A DNA stretch of 64,000 nucleotides from the human T2T-CHM13v2.0 reference genome, Homo sapiens, in NCBI RefSeq assembly GCF_009914755.1, contig NC_060930.1. One strand, given 5' to 3'. The notes under the pieces are model-generated. The model saw nothing but the letters and a program-made list of their open reading frames with translations, ran no database searches and had not been told where the DNA came from. Each line of letters opens with the position of its first letter. The first letter of the stretch is position 1. Below, piece by piece: positions 1 to 12,390 of this stretch. Made by a program: the position numbers and the translations under genes.

Positions 1-2759
1 GTATCTAATTGTAGACTCTCTGAATTGATAATCACTTATATAGAAATTAATAATGACAATATCTTCTTAATCCCAAGAATAATTACACCATCGTCATTGA
101 AGTGAAAAGAGAACATTTAATTTCAAGTTTTGAAGTCTTTTAAAAATAGATATTATAAGCTGATTTAAAGTAGATCTTTTAACCTGTCACCAAAAGCATT
201 TATTCCAGTTAAAAACTTGATCCGTTTATATATTCATGCATAATTTATATTCCACCCACTTCCAAAAATTAATTGAATAGGCCACTAAGGTGATAGGTGA
301 TGCCAGTTAAGGAAATTACTAAAATATCAGTAACAAAACCTACCATAAAAGTTTTATTCCCAAAATCATCTTGGTATTTTTAAATGTTTCTAGGTTAAAA
401 TGTTAACCACATCTATATGCTTTATTTCTGTACCAAATAGAGTTTGGGAAGGCTTATTTATTAGACGTTTTAAACTAGTTCCTAGTTTATTATGTGATTC
501 TATCTCAAACATAGCATTTTATATTATTTTTCTTTTAATTGACACTGTTTTGTAAATGTTAAGAACTATAGAGTGAATTTAAATATATATTTAAAAACCT
601 ACGTGAAAGATACTTTAACTCCCGCCTTCAAGTGAATTCAAATAAGGAGAATTCCAAGGAGTGGGGAAATTAGCCAAACACTTTTCCGTCTCAGGAAAGC
701 CATAATAACAAGAATTATAACCTGTTCCTATTTTTCTTAATAGGTGATTTGGGGTAAGGACTCCAAGGAAACAAGAGCGTTCTGTTCTAAGAGAGAAACA
801 TGAGGCAAATGGAGACAAAAGGAGAGAGGAGACCCCAAGGACAATAGCCTCCCACATTCTCTCCATCCAAGGCACACATGCCAAATTGCATTATTCCAAT
901 GAGCTCTGCACAATTAACCTGTCCAAAGGGGTTGTGTGGCTGATGTTTAACTTTCCACCCAGCTACGTTGAAATGTACAGTACATCTTGAACATGTTATT
1001 TAAATTGAAAATGAAACATCTGGACACATCAGTACGAGACGGGTCCCACTAAATATGGGAACATGTTTACCCAGGTGGGTTCAATCATAATTTCTACTCC
1101 GTGAAATAAAATTTCAATCTCGCCTGCAAAAACTAAAAATTAATTTTAGAGTTTTCTTTAAGGAAATTTTTCTCACAGAAAGAATCATATTTCAATTTTA
1201 AATATTGGATAATTTGATCAAATGCCTTTATATTAAATGTGCTAAAAAGGGTTTAAGATAGGATTACAATTAGAATTTATTAATAATAAATTTCTATAAA
1301 TAGAGTTATATATAAGCAGTCAAATCAGAGAAGGCAGGCAAATCCTGTTTGTCCAATAAAGATAATCATGTGATGAAATAAAAAAAAAAGGAGTTAGATA
1401 CAACTTTTTTGAGATGTACATTGCCCATTGGCTTTTAGAAGGCACATGTAACAAAAGAACTTTGTCATTCATAAAGAAATCCATAAGTAATTGGGCATCC
1501 ACGAATAATGATAGTGAGCGGCAAAAGTTAAGGACTTCATTTTCAAAGTCAATGTTGTTTATCAAGGCCTGGAAAATAAACCCCTGTTTATTTCTAACAC
1601 GCCAAATGAAATCACTGCCAAGTGTGAGATACTGTGATAACCTGGAACGGGGAGAGAAAGATCTGCTTGTAGACTGGAAAGAGACCTGGTGCCCTGACCT
1701 CTCTCTGATAGCTGCCAACATTGCCGGGTCTACGAGTAATTCAGTAAACTAGTACGCTCCTTCTCAACATCCCCACCAAAAAAGTCCTTTTTCCAATGTA
1801 AGTTCAGTGCTGGTCGGCCTGTAGGAGTTTCAGCAAAGATGAGAATTAAATGTGCTTGCAGGCAAAAACATTTCAGAAATATTGGCTAAAAAGTAGACTC
1901 ATTGCAACCTGGGAATAGAAATAAGGTCTCATGAAAACACTTAAAAGGACCAAGCAGAGCTTTCTACTTGTAAATAAAGGCTTCTGTTGTGTAGTACAGA
2001 CAGGGCTTGCCAAGCCTTTAGCTTGAGTGTTCTTGGAGGGGCAAAGGGAAAAAAGGCAGAAAGGGAAAAGAATACAAGGAGGATTTGGGCAATAAAAGAG
2101 ACAGCCTTGTATTTGTACTTCCTCCTCCACCACCACTGATTCCATCACACTCCCTAGCTCACCCTAGGCTCTCCTGAAATCTGCCCCAAGGGTTCCTTCT
2201 TCTTTAGTTGTACCAATCTTCGTATTTTCTGTGAATGGTGTCTTGAGAATGCCTCACAATTTTCTATACATCCTTCTCTGCATTTGGTATATTTTGTGTG
2301 ACTAGCTGCAAACTCAATGCTATTTACAAGAAGTTTAACTGTCAAACACATAGAGGACAATTCTGGAGAGGTTGAGCCTAGAACATGCCAAACAACAGGT
2401 ATATGAAAAAGCGGGGAGAGAACAGCCTATTCTCCTTGTGCTGATGAACTCAATCTAGTGAAAAGCACAAGTAGCAAGGTGGATTAGGGCTGGAGGTAGA
2501 GCTAACATGTATGAGCCTTGGTTCCTATGAACTTGTTCATACACGAACAGGTTGAGGACTGGGTCTCTGCCAGAAAAGAAAAGAACCTCCCTTGGTTCCT
2601 AAGATAACTACTCCAACCCATAGTTGCCTAGGATTGGCCTGATCAATGCCTTCCTAAGCACTCTGTAACACCTCATAACTTTAGCACTAACACCCACGGC
2701 CTTGATCTATTTTTCTGCACCCGTTCCTATCTGACCAGGCTAATCTGCTTCAAAACTTT

Positions 2760-3010
2760 GCTACCATTTATTGGGTAGCCACTGTATGCCTGCTCATGTG
2801 TTAGGTGTTTTACATATATTTGCTGTGATCCTTGCAACTTATATTGTTGCAACTGTAAAGTGTATGTTACTGTCCCCATTTTACAGATGAAAAAAAGGAG
2901 ACGCAGAGAGGTTAAAAAAATTAGCCTAAGCATGCAAAAAATGATGGTATAGCTGAGAATCAAACCAAATCAGTCTGGCTCCCAAGTCAATGTTCAACGC
3001 ACCAAACCTT
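2760..3010 (-). mobile_element. MIR SINE
   Basis: Core cccattttacagatgaaaaaa...agagaggttaa and gaatcaaacc...cagtctggctcc. Confidence 0.75.
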
Positions 3011-3099
3011 AGACTACCCAACAGATCTTCAGTATGCTTTCCAAAGCCTTCCACGATTCCACTGCTCCTTCCTTCCAGCTCCTTCCTTCCAGCTCCATC

Positions 3100-3470
3100 T
3101 CTGACCCTCCTTGTGGAGGCAATAGTTAAATACTTGTTGTCCACCATCCCCCATCTCTTCAGTGTGTTTATTTATGCTCTTTCCTCTGCCTGAAATACCA
3201 CTCTCCAATCAAGCTTAGCATCTCCTCCTCTTTCCAGATGTGGTTTCCTCAAGAAAGACTCTCTGATACCTCTCTCATACACAAGCACCCTAAGCCATCT
3301 TCATCAGATCACTTTCAGTAGTCCACTGCCACAATGATCAACTTTAGGTGTGTTCCCACCTACACAGTAGCCTTCCAAGGTAAGAAACCTGTCTTTGTTA
3401 ACTTTCACATCTCCAAAACCAGGCACAATGCTTGGCATAAGCACAAACTCTGAGGGTGCTTGTTGAATGG
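3100..3470 (+). mobile_element. L2 LINE 3' end
   Basis: ccaggcacaatgcttggcata...gcttgttgaatg resembles the L2 terminus. Confidence 0.6.
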
Positions 3471-3504
3471 AATTCATCTGAAACTTCAGAAGTGCCTTCC
3501 CATT

Positions 3505-3546
3505 GTGTCAGGGTGTGTGTGTGTGTGTGTGTGTGGGTATGTGTGT
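3505..3546. repeat. (TG)n microsatellite
   Basis: Visible GT run. Confidence 0.9.
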
Positions 3547-3999
3547 AGGCGGAGGAAGGAGGGACAGTGTGTGTTTAATCTTCTCAACTAACTTTCACAT
3601 TTTTTTGAGAGTAGGGTCAATGTCTTCTACTTTCATTAGTGTGCTTGTCTTTCAAAGCTCCTTGCCTACTGCAGACAGCAGAGTGAATGGCCCTATTTTC
3701 ATGTCATGTTAAAGACACCCATGAAGGTGAACTGAACTATACAGAAGAGAAAGGTAGCCAGGGAGCTGATAACAACAGAGAAAAATGAGAATTTACTCAG
3801 CAGGTGGATCTCACCAACTTGCAGAAGGCTTTAAGATTCTAACAAAATTAAACAATATAAGGCTAGACAATTAAGAATAAATATTGAATGGAGACAGCCT
3901 AAAAAGAAAAGTAGGTATTAATAGGCATTTGAAATGAACCACTTACTTCAATTTAGGCACTAAATTTAGTAATGCTTCCTGACAAATAAAACAAAGTCA

Positions 4000-4430
4000 G
4001 AAGCCATTCAGTACCATGACTTACCAGTATTCGTTCACAGTGGTTTAAACATGTAAGGGCTCATTCCTCTCATGGGGATCTAAAGCCAGTGGCCACCAGC
4101 CCTGATTCGGTAGCTGGATCATGTCAGGGCCAGCATCTCTGCAAGTCTGTTGGTCTTTTCCTTGAGCTTCTTGCGCTGCAAGACAGCTGCTGCTGTTCCA
4201 GACATCACATCCAGGTTTAAGGCATGAAGAAGGGAAGGAGGCTTAATAAACCATGTCTGATCCTTATATTAGGAAAAGCAAAAGCCTTTATAGACCACTT
4301 CTGATGTTTTACTGATTCGAACTATGTCACATGGTCACTCATAGCTGGAAGAGGGTTTTAAAAACATGGCTTACTTGCAGCTAGGCACATTGCTGCCCAG
4401 ATCAAAACTGGCATTTTGTTCGCAAGGAGG
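4000..4430. mobile_element. Old MLT1-type (MaLR) LTR
   Basis: cagtggtttaaac...gctgctgctgttccagacatcacatcc...tcacatggtcact resembles MLT1J/K. Confidence 0.55.
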
Positions 4431-4619
4431 AAGAAAGTAATATGTACTAGATTAAAAACTACACTAATTGCAGATTGTAGTTTTCATTGTCTGCTAAAAG
4501 ACTTCATGTAAACCCCAGAAGAAATTTATTACACACTTTAATAACTAGTTGATGAAGTAATAAATACATGTTTGGTCACCTAACTGAATTCTTTGGAAAA
4601 AACACAAACTTTTTCTTTA

Positions 4620-7100
4620 TTTTTTATAAAAGTACCTGTGAAAATTTTGGAAAATAAATTATAAAATATAAGAAAATAGTGACCTATAATCATGTCCCCC
4701 AGAGACAGAATATTTTGTTTGAATGAAGAATGCAGTTATATATGTCATTATAGAATATTTAGAAATTACTCAGCACATATAATTAATATCTCATAATTCT
4801 ACCACCCATAGAACATAGAGCAATTTTGGTCATTTTGAAAAGAGAAAATAACTTTTCACAAAATTTTAAATTATATACTTTCTTTAAAAAATACAGACAT
4901 TGAACCAAAATTTTCTATAAAGCGTAAATAGCATGGCCATAAATTTGTGTACAAAATTTAATCTGTCTCCTATCATTGGACATCTAAGTTGCATGCATTA
5001 TGAAGAACCCTAGCATTAACATTATTATAGATAAATTTAGGGACAAATTATTATTCTTTCCTAGGGAATAAATGCTAGAAGTAAAACTCTAGTGGCAAAT
5101 GTATTAAACCTTTTCAAGATTTTTGATACATGTTACCAAATTACATATGATATGGTTTGGCTGTGTCCCCACCCAAATCTCACCTTGAATTGTAATAATC
5201 CCCATGTGTTGAGGGGGGCGCCAGGTGGAGATAATTGAATCATGGGGGTGGATTCCCCCATGCTGTTCTCATGGTAGTGAATAAGTCTCCTGAGATCTGG
5301 TGGTTTTATAAATGGGAGTTCCCCTGCACAGTTCTCTCTCCTGCCATCATGTAAGATGTGACTTTGCTCCTCATTCACCTTCTGCCATGATTGTGAGGCC
5401 TCCCCAGCTATGTGGAACTGTGAGTCAATTAAACCTCTTTCCTTTATAAATTACCCAGTCTCAGGTAAGTCTTTATTAGCAGCATGAGAACAGACTAATA
5501 CATCATGTCAGAAGAGTTCTACAATGTTCATCTTAATAATAATAAGACGGCCATTTTTCCTGAAACCTGGGTAATGTCTATACATATGTATCTGTGTGTA
5601 TTTATGTATACTTACATGTATCTTATCCAATGGCAAGGTTATATATGTCTATATATAGATTATTATGTATATATAATATAGATATAGATATATATGAGAT
5701 CTATATGTAAACTTGCAGTTAGATAAGTTAAAAACTGGCATTAAATAATTTTGCTTAAATTAGTTTTTCTGTGATTACTTGTATGAGTAAACATGTTCTA
5801 AAGTGGCTTATTAAAAATGTGTGTCTTTTTCCATATTGCCTGTTTATATACTCGTCTGTTTTCCATTGAGATAGTTATATTTATTTGTATGTGTAGCTTC
5901 CTATATAAATAGTAATTCTTATTTATGAAAGAAGTATACAAATATAATAATTTATTTTTGGATTTCTAATTTTGTTTATGGTAGTCTTGGATTTCTCTAA
6001 TTTTAAATATAGATCTTTTTGGAAGCTTTTAAAGAAACACCCATGGGTAGTATATTTTCAAAGTCATTGCACATATGATAAAATCTTTCTATTGTCTTCA
6101 CATATGCCATGGACGGCAACTGTCTGGATATATGATTTTTTGTTAACATCCTTTAATGTCAAAATTCTAGTTACTTCCTTATATAACTTCTGGAATTCTG
6201 TGTTGTATACAATTCTTTGTTAACACCCTTTTAAACTTCAAATTCTAGTTATTTCTCTATCTGACCTCAAGAAATTAATGTTGTAAACAAACTGTCTAAA
6301 GTTAGTCTGACATGGTTCCTTTGTAGCTAACTTTTCCCCCGTGTGTTCTGGTTTTTTTAAAAAAACATTATCTTTTAAAAAGGGAAAACCCCTGAGAGGT
6401 AGTTTGTTAGCATGAAGTCTTCTCTTTTTTATTAAAATTTAATATCTCGGGGGCACAGTGAGCATGTTTAACCTTAGCATGTGAATCTTTTTAGTGCAAA
6501 AAATATTTCTTTAGCTATGTCTTGGTCATTGCTCCTTAAATAGGTGTACTTCTTTAGGAATACTGGTAAACTTTAAGTGGGTTTTTTATATGTTCTTTTA
6601 TATCTGCTATATTTTACATCCTTGTCCTCAACTCTTTGTCCTTTTTAGCTACATTCCTAAAGATTTCCCAATGTTTTCTCTAGGTCTTTGATCCAGTTTT
6701 CTATAGTATTAATTCTGACCTTCATTACTTCCAATGATAATTCAGATAAGTCTATTGCACTTACAGTTTTCTTTCAATTCTACCCTATTTTACCCAATTC
6801 TTGCTTGGTTTTCATCCTGATTTTTTTTTTCCATTTCTTTCACGTCTTTCTGCTCCTGTGTCATGAAAGGCATGTCTACTTGCTGCCTATTTCAGGAGCC
6901 AAATATTAAATATCTTCTTTTAGCCATGACAGTAATTTATTTTCCTATGTGTCCTTAGGATAATTTCCTTATTCTGTATTTTTTTTTCAAAATTCTCACA
7001 TATAGGATAGACTGACATACTCAGTATTTCCAATTAACAGGATATGTGATTGGCCTCAGAGCTCTCACTTATTTCAGTGTTGATCGTGGCAGATTCTCCT
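4620..7100 (-). mobile_element. Degraded L1M(E) fragments, interrupted by THE1B and a TA tract
   Basis: ttttcaagatttttgatacatgttaccaaatt and similar antisense L1 3' motifs. Confidence 0.45.
5148..5502 (+). mobile_element. THE1B-like solo LTR (ERVL-MaLR), sense to PDE7B
   Basis: Starts TGATATGGTTTGGCTGTGTCCCCACCCAAATCTCA, ends CAGACTAATACA; 355 bp. Confidence 0.93.
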
Positions 7101-8149
7101 AGCCCCCTGTCCAGTGTCTAGGTAGCATTCAACTGGAGTAGTTATGCTAGATTGGTGTGATATCTTTTATTCTCAATATCTGGTTCTTTGATCCATAAAT
7201 TTGAATGCTGTTGGCCCTTCTAAAAATTTTACCAAGTGTTTTCCCCAAAGAGTTTTGAATGCCACCTTGGACTTCCACTTATAGAACTGCTAGAAATGTG
7301 ACCATCACAGACGTTTAACGAAGAAATTAAAGTAGCAACCGCTGCTAAGGTTTTTGAGCTGGCTGGCCACAGAGGGGATGACCTTCTACCTATAAAGAAT
7401 TCTTCTCTTTAGGAAGAAGCAGAATGAAGCAAAGCAGAAATAGAAAAACTCTACATTCATACTTGGGCTTCTCCTATGGATTTAAATTTACAAACTAGCT
7501 AAATAATAAGTAACAATGTATACTCAGGAGCATAATAAATCTAGGCATTCTCCTATATGATTCATCTATTCACTATTGACTATAGTGTATATGGGATCTT
7601 GGTGGGGGAAATTGTAATTACTCATATTTTAATAAAGACAGTGGTACTTTATTAAAATATTTGAATTTGAAAATGTTTTCAATAGGCGGAAAGCCACAGC
7701 CCAGCTCATAGCAGATGACTGAATGAGTACAGACCTTTTTTTGCAAGAATAAACCTGAAAGGGGTGGGAGCTGAGATGGAATTGGGGTACTCTCTTCTTC
7801 CTGTCTCCAAGAGGTAGCCTCTCAGCGATTGGAAGAGCACATTGAGCTGAGAAAGCTCTAGGTGGACAAGTCAAGCTCCAAATTGACCCGGCAGCACACC
7901 CCAGGGAGCAGCTGTGTGCAGAAGCACTTTATGAGTTTCCAATTGTGTCCACAATCTATTCAATTCCAGCGCACTATGCTTATTTACTGTACTTACAGCA
8001 ATTGGTAGTTTTACTGTACACAAAATTCCTAGTTTTCATGGACAGTTGCCTCAGTGCTTGAGATTTATATAATGAGAGAGAAGTGTGCAGACACAATGAT
8101 TATTACACATCCCGTTGTCCTGAGCTGAGCAATGAAATAGAAAGCAGAA

Positions 8150-8283
8150 TGCCTACATTCTAATCCAGCCTTGGGCCCTGTCTGACCTTGGGAGTGTTCC
8201 TGAATCTCTAAGTTTCAGCTTCCATATCTGGTTGAACGATATCATCTCTAAAGTCCTTTCAGCTGTAACACCCTACGATTCTC
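8150..8283 (+). mobile_element. MIR3-like fragment
   Basis: tgaccttggg...atctctaaagtcctttcagct...cgattct. Confidence 0.55.
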
Positions 8284-8517
8284 TTTTCAAATAGAGAGGA
8301 CATCCTTCCTCTTACCGGACACTAAGAGGGTTTACTTTGCAAATGTGGCTCTCAGAATTTTATAGTTGTTCATTTGAACGTAAACAGAAAATTTGTTTAT
8401 GATGTTCTTCTCCATACTGTAGTTTGGGATAAGAAGGGTGCATTTTTTCAATATGTTCAACTTTCAAAAAGACATGCTGGAGGAAGTCAGCCAATTTCTG
8501 CCCACACAACTTCCAAG

Positions 8518-8525
8518 TGACGTCA
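8518..8525. promoter_or_regulatory. Full palindromic CRE (TGACGTCA)
   Basis: Exact motif with intact CpG in non-repeat sequence; function not shown. Confidence 0.5.
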
Positions 8526-9109
8526 ATGGAAGCAGAGCACACAGATCTCTAGGCAAGTTTTGGCTCATTATGTGAAGGTTTTTTTTTTTTTCTTTTTTTA
8601 AAGAACAACTGCAAAAATGATTGCTCTCAACTCAAATTACACAATTTGTTCTTCTTTGTGCCCTGAGTCAGCAATAGACATAATGTGGAAAATAAAGCAA
8701 AATCTCCTTTTTACACATCAAATAAAAGAGTCCATAGTTATCTGAAACACAGAATATTTGAGATTTTGAGCAGTCTCTAAGCAATATTTCCTCTTGCTGT
8801 GGCCTCTGCTTAATTTCAATATAGAAGGTTGATCAATGATCATCAGATGGACAACTGGAAAAATATATCTACTTTTTCTTATTTTGATCCTAGATTTGTT
8901 CTTCAGTCCTGCAATTGATCTTGTATATCATTGGCTTATTGCTTAACCCTTGGAAGTATTTTAAAGGACTTACCTGACAAGCAGATATAACTGGTGTTTT
9001 GTTAGCTCAGCTTTTCACAAATAAGTCAAATAGTTCTGTTACTATGACTAGAAGAAGAAAAATAGCTAATAGAAATGTAGCTGTTAGTATATAATCGGCA
9101 CATCCTGGC

Positions 9110-9285
9110 TCAATTATCACAGCAACCCTGGAAAGTTGATGTTGTTATTCTCCTCATTCTACTGATTAGGAAACAGGATGAGAGAGGTTAAATAATTTTC
9201 ACAAAGTCACAGCACTGAGTAAGTGGTATTTAGATTCCAAACCAGGCAGTCTGGTTTCAGTATCTGTATTCCTAACCACAATGCT
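9110..9285 (-). mobile_element. MIR
   Basis: gaaacaggatgagagaggttaaataa...caaagtcacagc...aaaccaggcagtctgg. Confidence 0.75.
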
Positions 9286-9439
9286 ATCTAGATAATAATT
9301 TATTCTTCTAATCAAAAAGCATTTAATGATGCCTAATTATTCTAGGCTCTGAGTAGAGTCAGTTACTAGGTAATGTGGAATAATGACATGGGAACAAAGG
9401 GCAAAGATAAGGGAGGGAATTCAGATTTTCTTTGCACCT

Positions 9440-9665
9440 AAACTGGCCCAAACACTGTACTCAACACCTCACATCTATTTCGTCTTTGCAAAAACTGTAT
9501 AAGCAAAGGTTGTATCAGTGGCATTTTATGGATGAAGAAACTGAATTGTAAGGAGGTTATCACTTGCTAAAGATTGCACAGCTGGTAAGGCTTGGTAAAG
9601 GCTTGAGTTCTAACCCATCTGTGTGTTTCTACCACCTACACTTCCTGTACTCCAATATGCTGCTT
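9440..9665 (-). mobile_element. MIR
   Basis: cattttatggatgaagaaactga...ttgctaaagattgcacagctggtaag. Confidence 0.65.
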
Positions 9666-11190
9666 CCAGGAGTATGTGCAAGTGAAATACTCAGTTTAGT
9701 GTCTGAGCTAGAATGAGGGGCACACAAAGTTTCTCCTAATATTGGGGAAGCTCTAAAAGTTGTTTAGGGGTAATGTCAACCAAACCAAATTTCTACATTT
9801 CAGAGCTTCTCCTATAGTATTCTACTTTAGTCTGCATTGCCCAAACTGTGCTGGAAGGACTGCCTTCAAGTTCAGGGCCAAAGAGGTCCATGAACAAATT
9901 GGGACATAATTCCAATGAATAGCACACACATTAGAATTAAAATAGCATCAAAACATTAAATTCCTTTTTAAAGTGGTAATAAATGAGTTCAGTATTTTAT
10001 GTACAAAATCTTGTATTTTTAGAGAAATTAATAGAAAACTTTTGCATGAACTTGCATAGCTTTTCATGAGCATGTACAGAAATGAAAACTGGCATCCTCT
10101 ATAGGGTGCCCTAGAAGGACCATTCTGTAAACATTAGAAGGTGAAATATATGAGAAATCTGTAAGAAAGTACTTTTCATTTTTCCAAAGCAAAATGCAAT
10201 ATAGATTTAGAGTTGCTTTATTTTTCCCTTTTTTATTTGAATAGAATGCTTTTCCTAAAAAATATTACCAACTAAGTAAGAGGCAGTTTGGATTTAAATT
10301 GTTCTCCTTTCAGAGTTTGTTCCCATCACATCAAATGTCTTATTTATATTCAAATACCACAGGGAATGGGCAAGAAATTGTATGTTTAAACTGGACTTTT
10401 TCAAGGCTTTTAAGGCCAGAATATTTTCTTTGCCAAAGACTAAATTATTGCAAAGTGGGGCAAGCACCTGACCTTGTGGCAAGTCAGAATAAGTAAATAT
10501 CTCCACCTGGAATTGGAAACCAATGCTCCCAAGACCCCAGAGCATCATTTATTAGCCTGATGGCAGCTTTCTGCTTGTTGCTGGCTGAGCCTGATTATAC
10601 ATATGAAAAATGGGAATCACCCAGAGATTCTCTCACCCTAACACAGAGCCCACTTTGCTTATGTACTTGCTCTTGCAAATTCCATTACCTTCCACGCCAC
10701 CACAACCCCTTGAAAACCCAGAAATACTTATAGACAACAGATTACCCCAGTCCATCCTTTCTCCATTTCCAAATGGGCATTCTGATTACATTTCTAACCA
10801 ACTGTCAATCAAGGGGGTCTCAATAAATTCTCTTTCCAACCATCTCATGGTAATAGTATGATATTAACTATATTATATCAAACACTGTGATGTAAAATAA
10901 CTTTGACATGTGTAGGGACATAGTCTTACTTTTAGTCATAGCATCGACAAAATTTTAATGCATTTCTTAACTTGACTCTCCTTCATGGGGATATACAGGG
11001 TCTCTGAAGAGATCTGTGTATACCTGATCAGAGACTGGCCATTCCTATCCATCCTGCATGAGTAACACAAGATATGACTCACTGCTGTTCATTAACCTCA
11101 TAGAGTTCATTTACCTTCTGCAGAAGTAAAATTGATTTGCTCTTTGTAAAGCTGGGTGACAGAACTTTTAGGATTCCTGGAAGTCACATT

Positions 11191-11370
11191 CAGGGGTGGT
11201 TCATGGGCATGGAATCTGTGCAGTTGCACAGGGTCCCATACTCAGAAAGGCTCATGTTTGGTTGGTTTAACGTTTTGCTGTCACCATCTTGAAATCATTA
11301 ATAACTTCTGAACAAGGGGCCTTGCATTTTTATTTTGCAGTAGAATCTGCAAATTATGTGGCCACTACTG
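11191..11370. mobile_element. MER91A (hAT-Tip100 non-autonomous DNA transposon)
   Basis: cagggg...tgtgcagttgcacagggtccc...gcaaattatgtggccactactg; degenerate 8-bp TSD gtcacatt/accacatt. Confidence 0.8.
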
Positions 11371-11582
11371 ACCACATTATAGTATCAGTGTAGCAAATAC
11401 AGTTGATTGAAAATAAAAGAACTAAAAAATCAACCAAGTGCCACTAACATATTTGAGAGTTTTTTCCAAGTAAGATGTTGCATTTAGTAAATTGACCTGA
11501 GTTTTATTTTATTTTTTGGTAAAATAGTCCCGTTTTTTAGACTGATGTAATTCTCAATGTGTTATGATGCATACATACATGC

Positions 11583-11590
11583 GTGTGTGT

Positions 11591-11627
<37 letters not shown>
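11583..11627. repeat. (TG)n microsatellite
   Basis: About 22 GT units with one interruption. Confidence 0.95.
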
Positions 11628-11630
<3 letters not shown>

Positions 11631-11869
11631 ACATTTTTAATGGTTGATAAGAAAATTGAGCAGGAGGGAAGTGACAAAAGAGAAACACTAACCAGATTCC
11701 AAAGTCTTTTTACTTAGTTGTGGCTAAATGCTTAAAACATCCAATACGGTCTCCTTTCACTATAATCATCACGTTGCCTCTTTCAGAGAATTCACATTCC
11801 TGTCTTATTTTTGGATTATTGTAATTTATAAAAATATTGCAGATGTGCAATATGTCACTAAAGCTGAGC

Positions 11870-12390
11870 TTGAACATGGCCGAACATCGTGGAAGCCTAG
11901 TACCTGAATGCCTTCCTAACAGTCAGCCGAGCACAGCCCGTCTTGCCATGTTTCTCTTTCTTTCTCTGTGTGGGTGCGAGGGTGTGGGGAGTGGGCCAGC
12001 ATGACGCTAAACGCACTACGCAAAAGCCAGCATGAATCCCAGGCCTTTTTCTGGACAGAAAGGACTGATTGTGTGGCGAGCAGCTGGAATGCGTGCCAGT
12101 CACTTTTGGAGTGGTGGTCACAGGCATCGTTTTGCTGGATTGTTTGAGGAGAAGCAGGACAGAAGGGAGCTCTCCTGCCCTGTGCTGCGGTGACCCTGTA
12201 ATTTTCCTCCTCTTCTTTGTTCAAATTATAAAGAAGAGTCCCACATGTTCGGAAAACTTCAGCCCGGTTTTTTCAATTGGACGCTGCTGTTTCAAAAGTA
12301 CAACCTTCTCTTTCTGGTTGCTTGGAAGTGACGGTTCAGGAAGTGTGCCCACAATGACATGAGTTAGGGAACTCCGCAGAGCAGGCCTAT
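11870..12390. promoter_or_regulatory. CpG-retaining unique segment, candidate enhancer or alternative promoter
   Basis: About 17 CpGs in 500 bp against a depleted background; GGAAGTGACG at 12324, CAGGAAGTG at 12337, TGACG at 12002, TATAAAG at 12227. Confidence 0.5.

Noticed and set aside
1320-1752. Overlapping 133-aa (-) and 112-aa (+) ORFs
   Set aside because: No recognisable homology or exon structure; lengths are compatible with chance in 64 kb.
11897-12362. Three overlapping ORFs in the CpG-rich segment
   Set aside because: No known domain; higher GC explains the open frames. Kept only as a regulatory candidate.
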